64,000 bases of DNA from a virus (Duplodnaviria > Caudoviricetes), in the IMG/VR virus record IMGVR_UViG_3300046779_001841, positions 192,001 to 256,000 of that record; one strand, 5' to 3'. Made by a program: the position numbers and the translations under genes. The notes below the pieces were generated by a model that saw only the letters and a list, made by a program, of their open reading frames with translations, was not told the DNA's origin and ran no database searches. This document shows positions 11,101 to 19,233 of this stretch, piece by piece (position 1 is the stretch's first letter; the number at the start of each line of letters is the position of its first letter).

Positions 11101-14100
11101 TGAACTGCAAGTTCTTCAGCTTGGTCAATTTTAGGATTACTGAATGTATATTCTTTTGGTCTATTTCCTTTTAATCTATCATACTGCACCATTGCTTTAT
11201 GTGGATTTAAACTAAATAGATGTAGTAATCCAATCTTATCTTTCAAGTTTCCTAATGCAAAATCTTTTTCTTTTTGTAAATCAGCTGGCATATCCATCTG
11301 GTTGAAAGAAAGATTAGAATATCTAACTGACATCTCTGTTAAAACTTCTTGAATTTCTTGAGCAATATCTTGATATGCACTCGCTACTTCGTCTGGCATA
11401 TTTACAGTTTGTGTTGTTTTATATAGATTTGTATAAATATACTTTTCCATAAAATGAATGTTTTGTTTCATCCATGTATAAAACTCATCTTTCACTTCAG
11501 GTTTAATGCCTACAAACTTACCACCTATCTCAACTGCATATTTCTCAACAAATGCTTTCTCTTTGTCTTTATCTACTACATTTCCAGTCGATAAATATAC
11601 AAGCCTAAATAAATCCAAAGGTGAAGATTGAATTGCACTATCTGTTAATAAAATCTTTCTTGGATGTTTTACATTTGTAATCGCTTCAACTTTATCACTA
11701 TTCATTTCTATATTCGCATCATCTAACACTAAACAATAATATTGTTTGAAATTAAAGTTTTGCTTATATCTCTGGATATATTCCGAATATCCTATCTCTT
11801 CTATGCTTTGTCTTAAATTAAAAATATAAAGATATTCTATATATTCTTCTATTCCAGAGATATATGAACCTACAAAACGATCTGTATTTACTATTAAAAA
11901 CTTCACATCAGGTAGCTTCTGTGTTGCAAGTATCAAACTTAATATAAAAAAAATCTTATTCTCTCCATATTCTCTAGGTAGTGATACAACTCCTTTGTAA
12001 TCATTTTTCTCTAACCATGCTAAAGCATTAATCTCACCTGTTGAAAACGCTAAGTATGGATTAATTCCTTTTAATTTTTCTTCTTGATAGTTTTCTCTCT
12101 CAGTAATACTTAATTTTAATTTTAACATCTCATAATACTTACGCAACTCTTCATGTGCTTTCTTAGACATTAAACATGAACCTAAACTATCTTTTATCAC
12201 TTCATAATCACTACCACCAAAATAAAAAGATAGATGACTACCTGCAACCATCTCCATTGATGTTCTATACCGAACTAAATTTTTTAATGTCTTAATTTCT
12301 GGTGCATACTTCTTATCTTTTGGCAAACATATCAAGAAACGATCTCTTGCCCAAGTAATATATGGTTCTTCTAACACATCAATATTTACTTTTACTTCTC
12401 CACTATCTATATCTATACTCTCATACCTAGACACTATCTCACCTTTTGTATTCATAGAATAACTTTTACCATCACCTATGATGCGACCTGTAATATTTGA
12501 TAAATCTTCAACAGAAAATCCTTTGAAGGGTCCTCTAGTAATAATATCTTTAGTGATACCATTAATAGTGGTGGTCTTTACCTTCACCATGTGTGTAAAT
12601 CTTAATGGATTATCTGTATGATCGTCTGATAACTCGATTTCTCTTTCTACACCAGGAATAGCATCTATCATTTCATCAGATAGTCTATCTACTGAATATG
12701 ATATTGTATCTAAGACTACATCTTTAAATACTGGTATAAGATTGCCTTTACTATCAAGTATGGTTTCTTGAACAGGTTGTCCATCTACCATTAAAACATT
12801 TCCTGCATTGTCTTGCTTATATACAGGTATCTTGTTTAAGTTTCTAAATACCAATTCATGTTTCTTTACTTTTTGACCTGCTTCATTAACTGTTCTTGTA
12901 ACAATCTCTGGCATATTGTTTTTTGAAAATGTTTTTCGTAATTCACTTTTCAATTTAATTTGCAGATAAACATCATAGGCACTTTGATTATAGTCAGGTT
13001 CGATCACACCAAATTTTTCACTATATATAGTTTTCGCTTTCTTTAAATACTCTTCTTGTTTCTCTTGAACTTCTTGTTGAAGTGTTTTCCCATCTACAAC
13101 AAGACTTGAATTTTCAAATTTTTTCAATTTTTGATAGAAGGATTGTACATTTTCTCTTACTTCATTAAACTTTTCATCTTCTCTTGCTTTTACACTACGA
13201 GCATAAGATTGCATATCAAGAAGGATTAAAAAATCATCTTGTGATGGTATTATATCTTTCAACATTAACCAAGTATTGGTATGTGGTTCTTGATTTATAT
13301 TCCAACCTTGTTCTGCCATCCATTCTGTTAAAATATCATAATAAGCATCTGCACTACCTATTTTAGATTTTCTCAATTTACCCATCAAAGATTTTTGTGC
13401 GGATACACTACTAAGTAGTTTTTTATTGACTATCCTATATTCAATAAAATTGAGAATGGACACAAACATTTTATTTTGTATCGCAAATCTTAGATTTTTA
13501 GTCATTTCACTATCTTGTTTTGAACCTATTTCACCTATACAAGCCGACCAAACTCGTTCGTTCTTTTCTCTTTCTAAAAATGAAATTGCTTCTTTCTCAC
13601 TAGATAATAATCTTTCAGATGTCATTCTATATTCATTTGAAAAATCTATTTCATCTCTTTCATTTACTAGATTGCTAATATATGTTTGTTTTCTTTCTTT
13701 GATTAGATCTTCTCTTTTCACTTGAATATTCGTTTGATCAAAATACAATTCCAAGAAATCATCATCAAGTCTTTTTGTTTGTGTAAATGCACCTGTTCTT
13801 AATAATTTCTCTTTAATCAAAGATTTCTCATACTCACTATATTTCTTTTTGATCTCTTTTACTTGTTTTACTTGCACATCCACAGGCACTGATTTACTTG
13901 ATACCTTGAAAGTATCAAATTTTGCACCACCAGGTAAAATTCTTTCGGTAATCTCATATTGAATATTTTTATATTTGCATACCAACTGAATCCATGCAGA
14001 CATCAGTTTTAAACTTTCCTTGAAGAATGGCTTCTTATTCAAAGTATTGATAAAAGGATAGATCTTCTCTTTTATATAATTATCACCAGTCCAAATCTTC

Positions 14101-14465
14101 TTCAATTCTTCTTCAATGAAAGCATCTACTTTGTTGATATTGATTCGCAAATCAGTCCAAATATCTGTTAATTCATTATCGTATTCTTCATTCTTAAAGA
14201 AAGTCTTATACCATAGATATGCCTTAGACATATCTTCATCCAAAGGATACTTTGAAACATTTGTAAAATCACCATTTTCTACTTTTTTTGTTAAGTAGTC
14301 ATTAAGATGATCTTCAAGTTCAATCAATTCTACATAATGATTGAATAAGAAATTCCCAGCACCTTGCACAACACCATTATTATGGTTTCGCATAGCGAGT
14401 AGGAATTGACCTTTAAATGGATTTAAACTTCTATTTGGATTACCAATAAGTTTTACAACAGGCAT
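8193..14465 (-). CDS. Giant polyvalent protein, paralog B: degenerate (pseudo) SNF2 ATPase plus GNAT-like domain (2090 aa)
   Basis: Collinear with paralog A. Motif I reads SLPREYGENK, II LDDANI, III LLTDS and VI QRTARLQGVGK. APNGLGTHVLFSQL...IGYYVWPKFGYNA is retained. Confidence 0.8.
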   Translation of the reverse strand: MPVVKLIGNPNRSLNPFKGQFLLAMRNHNNGVVQGAGNFLFNHYVELIELEDHLNDYLTKKVENGDFTNVSKYPLDEDMSKAYLWYKTFFKNEEYDNELTDIWTDLRININKVDAFIEEELKKIWTGDNYIKEKIYPFINTLNKKPFFKESLKLMSAWIQLVCKYKNIQYEITERILPGGAKFDTFKVSSKSVPVDVQVKQVKEIKKKYSEYEKSLIKEKLLRTGAFTQTKRLDDDFLELYFDQTNIQVKREDLIKERKQTYISNLVNERDEIDFSNEYRMTSERLLSSEKEAISFLEREKNERVWSACIGEIGSKQDSEMTKNLRFAIQNKMFVSILNFIEYRIVNKKLLSSVSAQKSLMGKLRKSKIGSADAYYDILTEWMAEQGWNINQEPHTNTWLMLKDIIPSQDDFLILLDMQSYARSVKAREDEKFNEVRENVQSFYQKLKKFENSSLVVDGKTLQQEVQEKQEEYLKKAKTIYSEKFGVIEPDYNQSAYDVYLQIKLKSELRKTFSKNNMPEIVTRTVNEAGQKVKKHELVFRNLNKIPVYKQDNAGNVLMVDGQPVQETILDSKGNLIPVFKDVVLDTISYSVDRLSDEMIDAIPGVEREIELSDDHTDNPLRFTHMVKVKTTTINGITKDIITRGPFKGFSVEDLSNITGRIIGDGKSYSMNTKGEIVSRYESIDIDSGEVKVNIDVLEEPYITWARDRFLICLPKDKKYAPEIKTLKNLVRYRTSMEMVAGSHLSFYFGGSDYEVIKDSLGSCLMSKKAHEELRKYYEMLKLKLSITERENYQEEKLKGINPYLAFSTGEINALAWLEKNDYKGVVSLPREYGENKIFFILSLILATQKLPDVKFLIVNTDRFVGSYISGIEEYIEYLYIFNLRQSIEEIGYSEYIQRYKQNFNFKQYYCLVLDDANIEMNSDKVEAITNVKHPRKILLTDSAIQSSPLDLFRLVYLSTGNVVDKDKEKAFVEKYAVEIGGKFVGIKPEVKDEFYTWMKQNIHFMEKYIYTNLYKTTQTVNMPDEVASAYQDIAQEIQEVLTEMSVRYSNLSFNQMDMPADLQKEKDFALGNLKDKIGLLHLFSLNPHKAMVQYDRLKGNRPKEYTFSNPKIDQAEELAVHLVENSKRTVYFTEDADVAKKTIIKISLRIPTKIHALCLSDSIVFYQAGKPLKKGVVNKNTKLQNFMLEELKDEEILKNLSRSGLSQVEIDDRMRRVAREEDEIGEEDVTWAVKTVKEFIAKNNQVATMVANSSYSRGFNLQQFNAVVHLDRDGWDSEELKQRTARLQGVGKEEPVTEYILDAVVGGSTSIDELRDRVQEVDQKFFSEILRESGALDLTKKYEAIEKLTTSKKVNLENFTRALLPTREMLAKIEEREKGLREDPIKYTQLDPNRFNHPSMENLSEHEKEMLDLTGFTGITNIASEHIKFRLTSDRENEMKSVGDWITTLHGTDRRKYYGENYIWNDAFTTNYCAPNGLGTHVLFSQLVAVKKAKLDAIACLGAGSFNSFDPETGEAKGQNYIGYYVWPKFGYNAEVLLNLDQIEEFANIFAKMVSQKLKWTEAITDGVKPIAPDPLDVGERPYKENYELDLDIEELMTNSGSSEERKQLQLKAILASTTPQKTVRAFALYVDQRLGAMGSQFAKDDFKIVRDYGYFKKKNYSEDVAYHIENRIAYYSGFEIQFFPFHKKNLKKTETPKYPQDMVDWQLHNAVLQDIEREKRLNSQWDFFATPLMKNYPEKIALFNKIQDTDMPLSVEEMQPIYEDMKQVQIENNIEYEETMKIYDERVEKYQKDLEEYNQAVSVYEQIHARYEKEFNGFFQQKINDISSFKIDKKEIQADLDADVYTSEIKSWLGNGKDWWKVRYAKSAFYLKLSNKISRLIEILDLYEITFKESDGKIFKAGEEWWKFVGTGTEYELSVDPNSKSYKKLTKYVNHKVKEAGCENLEEYLSLPIEPFNTKKITCWISFLNDGNIKMNREEKLQVIKAYRNDLKYVLMNETQYYVGEFLETFKKWKMLNRITENIRFASIESGTKTYEQMMYEMAEQDSDMMVALDEQLANEEKVKQVEKEISVLKGDLKPVTNPFGKKK

Positions 14466-14536
14466 TTTACCAAGTCCTTGAATTTTATACTTGAATGAAG
14501 ATTATTTTAAACAATAGGATATAAATATAAATAGTA

Positions 14537-14917
14537 TTAAATCTTTTCGATCTCATTTGTAATGGATAATTTATCTGTTCTATCCATCATAAACCATTCA
14601 ACACTCACTGGTTCAAATTGTGCAAATTTACCAAATACTGTTTCTTTATCAAATTCTTTACATGAATATACATCTAATTGAATAAGACCAGGACTATCTT
14701 CATCCCACACATGAATTGCAATATGTGATGTTTCAATAATTGTAACAGCTGTTAAACCTCTGTTGCCTGCTTTGTCTAAATACACTGCATGGGGTCCACT
14801 TAAAATTTTCATATCAATCGCATTGATTAAATCTTTTAACCATGTTTCAATAATATCTGTTGCCATAGGTGGCTTATTTACATAAGCACGGATTACGATA
14901 TGTTGATGTTGTAACAT
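14537..14917 (-). CDS. speD: S-adenosylmethionine decarboxylase proenzyme family (pyruvoyl-dependent)
   Basis: GLTAVTIIETSHIAIHVWDE (self-cleavage Ser) and IQLDVYSCKEFD; 126 aa fits class 1b AdoMetDC. Confidence 0.85.
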   Translation of the reverse strand: MLQHQHIVIRAYVNKPPMATDIIETWLKDLINAIDMKILSGPHAVYLDKAGNRGLTAVTIIETSHIAIHVWDEDSPGLIQLDVYSCKEFDKETVFGKFAQFEPVSVEWFMMDRTDKLSITNEIEKI

Positions 14918-14976
14918 CTATACCTTCTTTCTTAAAAAATGTTTTTTTAAGATATACAAAAAAGTTTTAATCATTA

Positions 14977-15408
14977 TTAAAATTCTAACATTCTTACTAC
15001 AATATATCCTCGCCTCCATGCTTCAATTAAATTTCTCTTTATTAAATTCATATCACCATCTACAATAAAACACTCTGGACAATCTTTATTCCTAAAATCA
15101 CACTTATTCGTATATGATGGACAACCTTTCTTTTCTACACATACACTATTCTTTATAGGCACTAATTTCAAACATCCTTTTGGATCTCTTAATCCACTCT
15201 GCATTAAACTTTTTGCATCACCTCTTAATGCACGATCTATATCTTCTTCTGATAGAACAGGCACTAACTTTTCCCAATCTTTTTCTTTTTCTAAGTCTTT
15301 ATACTCACCCCAATTACTATCATCTTTTGGTATTATTCTAGCTAGTTTTGGATTGCCATATCTTTCATCTGGTATCACACAAAAGATCATTCCATTTTCT
15401 CTATACAT
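14977..15408 (-). CDS. Hypothetical protein with Cys cluster
   Basis: 143-aa ORF in a tight operon, with C-terminal CLK..CVEKKGCP..CDF..CPEC. Confidence 0.7.
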   Translation of the reverse strand: MYRENGMIFCVIPDERYGNPKLARIIPKDDSNWGEYKDLEKEKDWEKLVPVLSEEDIDRALRGDAKSLMQSGLRDPKGCLKLVPIKNSVCVEKKGCPSYTNKCDFRNKDCPECFIVDGDMNLIKRNLIEAWRRGYIVVRMLEF

Positions 15409-15777
15409 TTAATTGTATCCTTTTTTCTTTTCTTCTATTTCTTTTACTGATTGCTCCACCATGTCTTGATCAAATATATCATGATCTGTAATTTGTTCTA
15501 AGACTTTCTTACTCGCACATAAGATATAAGATAAAATCTTTGTTTGATTTTCATCATTATTCACAATCAGTTTATGGTGTGGCAAAATATGAAACACATT
15601 TAATAACTGACCAATCTTAATCCATACTTTTAAAAGATCTTCTTCATTATCAAAATCGTTTGAACCAAAATAATATGTTTGTGCGAGTTGGCTTATTAGA
15701 TACTCAAATCCATCTTGATTAAATACATTGCTTGGCAATAAATCTCTATCATCTTCATTCTTGTCTTTCATTTTCAA
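15409..15777 (-). CDS. Hypothetical protein (probable ATG start at 15771)
   Basis: ORF overlaps the end of the primase zinc-finger gene and abuts the next gene. Confidence 0.7.
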   Translation of the reverse strand: MKMKDKNEDDRDLLPSNVFNQDGFEYLISQLAQTYYFGSNDFDNEEDLLKVWIKIGQLLNVFHILPHHKLIVNNDENQTKILSYILCASKKVLEQITDHDIFDQDMVEQSVKEIEEKKKGYN

Positions 15778-16279
15778 GTTTCCTGTATATCTTTAACCAT
15801 AGTTCTGGATCTGTTTTTTTGGCAAACAATAAAAAATCGACTGCTTCCCACAACTTTAAACATTCCTTTAAAGATAATACTTTTTCTTTTGAGATTCTTG
15901 ACAATTTATTTATTGTTTTTGTTTGCCAATCTACATCTTCATCTTCAAGATCGGTATCTTGAAACACATCTGGCTTTTCATATTCTTTCCATTCGCTTAA
16001 TCCAAATTTCTTTTCTAGCATCCTACAAGCGATACCAAAATCTACACCTTCTTTTTCCATTACTGTTGAAACAACATCTCTTACTTTTCCACAAGCAAAA
16101 CAATACCATGTTTTTGTTGAATGATAGTATCTAGCACTTGGCTTTGTATCTACACCACTACCATGCAAATCACATGAAAATTGTTGATCTGCACCATTTG
16201 TTCTTACATTATATCCATATGCACTTAGAATTTGGTCTAGTGGTACTTGATTTTTAAGTCTTTCTGCTCTTTTACTCAT
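15755..16279 (-). CDS. DNA primase CHC2 zinc-finger domain protein without TOPRIM domain
   Basis: FSCDLHGSGVDTKPSARYY...WYCFACGKVRDVVSTVMEKEGVDFGIACRML is the CHC2 pattern; the protein is only 174 aa. Confidence 0.8.
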   Translation of the reverse strand: MSKRAERLKNQVPLDQILSAYGYNVRTNGADQQFSCDLHGSGVDTKPSARYYHSTKTWYCFACGKVRDVVSTVMEKEGVDFGIACRMLEKKFGLSEWKEYEKPDVFQDTDLEDEDVDWQTKTINKLSRISKEKVLSLKECLKLWEAVDFLLFAKKTDPELWLKIYRKLENERQE

Positions 16280-16523
16280 CTTCCCTTCCTATAAATACAT
16301 TGTTAGAATTGACCCATGTGTGTTTTGGCAATGATCTTATACTAAATAAGATCATAGACTTTCTTATATTATCAGAATATATATAATAACCTTTTCCTTG
16401 TATATCACCAATACCATTTCTTTTTTGTGTAGATGATGTACTTGATAGAAATGTTGTAAATTGTTTAGCTGAATACAAACTATTAGTATCCCAATAAATA
16501 AAACAAAAAGGGTAGTTATCCAT
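16272..16523 (-). CDS. Tandem ~82-aa paralog 3 (FIGRE family)
   Basis: Shares RKSMILFSIRSLPKHTWVN..FIGREDE with both neighbours. Confidence 0.8.
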   Translation of the reverse strand: MDNYPFCFIYWDTNSLYSAKQFTTFLSSTSSTQKRNGIGDIQGKGYYIYSDNIRKSMILFSIRSLPKHTWVNSNNVFIGREDE

Positions 16524-16796
16524 TCACTCATCTTCCCTTCCTATAAATCTATCATGGTCAGTTATCCATGTGTGTTTAGCTAAAGACCTTATGGCAAATA
16601 AAGTTATTGATCTTCTTAGGTTTTCTATATTATTCTCATATATAAGGACACCTTTACCTTTAATCCTATTATCTTTATGTTGCATAGTATGGGTAGAGAA
16701 GATACTTGTATATTTTTTAGCATGGTATATGTCGTTATTCTCATAATACACAGAGAAGATAGCTTTAGACATAGGTGTTATTCCCTTCCTATAAAT
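16274..16796. repeat. Direct repeats at the 3' ends of the three tandem paralogs (~250-bp period)
   Basis: actcatcttcccttcctataaat at 16274-16296 and 16526-16548; ttcccttcctataaat at 16781-16796. On the minus strand the repeat encodes FIGRE and provides a GGAAGG Shine-Dalgarno for the next gene. Confidence 0.85.
16524..16772 (-). CDS. Tandem ~82-aa paralog 2 (FIGRE family)
   Basis: RRSITLFAIRSLAKHTWITDHDRFIGREDE. Confidence 0.8.
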   Translation of the reverse strand: MSKAIFSVYYENNDIYHAKKYTSIFSTHTMQHKDNRIKGKGVLIYENNIENLRRSITLFAIRSLAKHTWITDHDRFIGREDE

Positions 16797-17023
16797 TTGT
16801 TATTGTCATTTATCCAATTATGCTTAGGTAGAGATCTTGCACTAAATAATGCGATTGATCGCCTTATGCTATCTGTATTTGTCTTGTATATAAACACACC
16901 ATTTGTATAGCTTGACTGTTTGGCGTGTGTAGTATGGTTATTTGAAAAAAGACAAGTCCATTGTTTTGCCTCAAATAAACCATTAGCATTGCAATAAAAG
17001 AAAGCAATAGGATGATTATCCAT
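16778..17023 (-). CDS. Tandem ~82-aa paralog 1 (FIGRE family)
   Basis: RRSIALFSARSLPKHNWINDNNKFIGRE. Confidence 0.8.
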   Translation of the reverse strand: MDNHPIAFFYCNANGLFEAKQWTCLFSNNHTTHAKQSSYTNGVFIYKTNTDSIRRSIALFSARSLPKHNWINDNNKFIGRE

Positions 17024-17043
17024 AGTGTTTATTCACTTTCTCA

Positions 17044-18552
17044 TTAAATCACATCTGTTAATGGATCTGCTTTTGCATTACCTGTTAATGGCAATAAAGT
17101 CAAATTATCACTATTCGTGATTTTACCTGCTGGAAATAAAATGTTCGCATTAAATGTTGGAAATCCTGCTTGATCTCTACTCTTTAAACATTGATACTTA
17201 ATTTGCTTCTGCTCTCTTACATCATTCCCAAACCAATTCGCTATCACTATATCTGCACTTCTTTCTGCTTCATTCGCATAAGACAAGTGTGTTAATTGAT
17301 ACTCTCCATTCTTTTTAAGTGCATCATTATAACCATCACGACTGATTTGGAATAAACATAAAACAGGTATTCCTTGACCACGATTAAAATTCATTGCCAT
17401 TCTCTTCAAATCTCTAATCACTTCATTTAATCGTTCTGTAGTAGATCCATATTTTGTTCTACTTGCCAATAACAAAGCATGATCGACTACTATCAAGTCT
17501 ATCTTTTCTTTTTGACTTAACAATTCTGCTTTTGCTCTTAAATCTTCTACTGTAAAATCAAAGCTATCTGGATTATCACCTTCAATATGGATTGCTCCAT
17601 ATTCTCCACTTTCTCTACATTTCTTTAAATCTGGTACAACATGATTAAAAAAGAAATCTTTTTCTTCTGGTGTTAATTTACCACCACGAACTTTAGATGG
17701 GTCAATACCTTCATAGACTTCTACATTAGGTTTTTGTAAACCTAATGCTATTCTTACATTCTTAAATTTCGCATGACAAGAATGAATACAATAGATAGAT
17801 CGTCTTACTTGTGGATAGTGCATTTCTAATGAGAAATATAGTGTATTGGTTTTATCCCAAGTTGCTTGACTATATGCCCAATTTAATGCTGTTTTAGATT
17901 TAGCATGACCTGTAAATCCTGCAAGAATATACAATTCTTTCTTTCTAAATCCACCTATCGCATCATCTATGATTTTAATTCCTGTTGTAGGAATAACTTC
18001 TCTACCGGCCTCTTCAGCTTTGGTATATTCTTCTGCAAGATCATCTACATCTGTTAAAACTTCACCACCTAATTTTGATCCAAATGTTGGGGTCATAACA
18101 TCTACAAGTTTATTCGATAAGAAACGACCAGCATCTCTTGCACCTTTAAGTAGTGTTTTATGATTGCCTTTTTCTTTAATTTCCAATCCACTTTTAATAA
18201 TGGTTTTCACATCTGTGATGGTATTAGAAAGTTTAATAATTCTTGCTTCTTCTACATGGTTTTCGATTTCTGTTAAAAAATTTCCTTTGTAGATAGGTGT
18301 TATTGATGCTAATGCACGAACACGATCTGAACATTCAAATTCATTTTGTGTTTCAAAAAATTGAATAATGGTTTGATGATCTGGCAAATGTCCATGATTT
18401 GACATAAATCCTTTGATATAAGACCAAATCGCATTATCTTCTTTTGCTTCAAAATTAAATATGCTCTCTCTCAATGCCATGTAATTCATTTGCATTTGAT
18501 TAATATCATCACCTAGTCTTTGATCAGGTAAAATACTTCTTAAGATTTTCAT
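17044..18552 (-). CDS. dnaB: Replicative DNA helicase, DnaB-like
   Basis: IPTTGIKIIDDAIGGFRKKELYILAGFTGHAKS (variant Walker A), YFSLEM, LIVVDHALLL, LCLFQISR, ERSADIVI, CLKSRD. Confidence 0.88.
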   Translation of the reverse strand: MKILRSILPDQRLGDDINQMQMNYMALRESIFNFEAKEDNAIWSYIKGFMSNHGHLPDHQTIIQFFETQNEFECSDRVRALASITPIYKGNFLTEIENHVEEARIIKLSNTITDVKTIIKSGLEIKEKGNHKTLLKGARDAGRFLSNKLVDVMTPTFGSKLGGEVLTDVDDLAEEYTKAEEAGREVIPTTGIKIIDDAIGGFRKKELYILAGFTGHAKSKTALNWAYSQATWDKTNTLYFSLEMHYPQVRRSIYCIHSCHAKFKNVRIALGLQKPNVEVYEGIDPSKVRGGKLTPEEKDFFFNHVVPDLKKCRESGEYGAIHIEGDNPDSFDFTVEDLRAKAELLSQKEKIDLIVVDHALLLASRTKYGSTTERLNEVIRDLKRMAMNFNRGQGIPVLCLFQISRDGYNDALKKNGEYQLTHLSYANEAERSADIVIANWFGNDVREQKQIKYQCLKSRDQAGFPTFNANILFPAGKITNSDNLTLLPLTGNAKADPLTDVI

Positions 18553-18564
18553 TTGTAAAAAGCC

Positions 18565-19233
18565 TTAGATTTTAAGTGTTGTCACTTTTTTGTTTTCTGT
18601 TTCTTGTTGTTCTACAAGTCTTATATTATTCCATCCTAATAATACATCATCTACACCTCTTGACCATGCAATATGTCCTTCACATAATGGTCTGTTTGGA
18701 TCAACCACAATCCAAGTAGGTTTATTTAGATGTTGTCTTAACTCGATTGTTTCTATCAACACTTCTGGCATTGCTGAATTTCTTGCCATCTTCACACCTA
18801 ATCTTACTATCAAGAGTGCTGGTGCTTCTGCCATATCTTCTAAACCACGAACTGTAATTTCTCTTGTGAAATCTGGATCTACTATTTCAGATTGTGATGC
18901 AGAAATATTAGAAAGCCATGCACTCATTAAATTCGCATCAGATACTACTTTAATAAACAATGCTGGATTTTTTTCTAAGAAAATTGCACCTTTTAAATGA
19001 GAACACAATTCTGTTTTCTCTGCATGAATAATGATGTTCTCTTTTAATTTGCCTTTTAGTGGTGTTGTCTTTTTCGCAGGAAATTGACTTAACCCAGTCC
19101 ATGCTTTTTCACATTGGTTTTTCAAATGTATTTTAAACACACAAGAACATTGTGACATGATAGGTTCATCTCTATAAAATTGACCACTTGGAACTATTCC
19201 TATACCACCACATTTTTCACAAACTTTACTCAT
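18565..19233 (-). CDS. DnaC/IstB-like helicase loader homolog with degenerate ATPase motifs
   Basis: N-terminal CEKCGGIG..QCSC zinc knuckle, position just upstream of DnaB, and LLIVRLG..EVLIETIELRQHLNKPTWIV resembling the loader core. No GxxGxGK[TS]. Confidence 0.6.
   Translation of the reverse strand: MSKVCEKCGGIGIVPSGQFYRDEPIMSQCSCVFKIHLKNQCEKAWTGLSQFPAKKTTPLKGKLKENIIIHAEKTELCSHLKGAIFLEKNPALFIKVVSDANLMSAWLSNISASQSEIVDPDFTREITVRGLEDMAEAPALLIVRLGVKMARNSAMPEVLIETIELRQHLNKPTWIVVDPNRPLCEGHIAWSRGVDDVLLGWNNIRLVEQQETENKKVTTLKI

Noticed and set aside
2515-14298. Many 60-137 aa plus-strand ORFs inside the giant genes, and similar shadow ORFs inside tail, guaB, PKD and uvrD genes
   Set aside because: They are antisense or off-frame shadows of long, motif-bearing CDSs, with no Shine-Dalgarno or recognisable motifs. 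The 39395..40408 overlap is the only one with independent support.
1682-14465. Direct DarB orthology (methyltransferase plus helicase)
   Set aside because: I saw no N6-MTase motifs (FxGxG, NPPY/F) in either complete paralog, and the accessory domain looks GNAT-like instead.
16274-16796. Three direct repeats as a possible CRISPR array
   Set aside because: The ~230-bp intervals are complete paralogous ORFs, the repeats are coding, and no cas genes are present.
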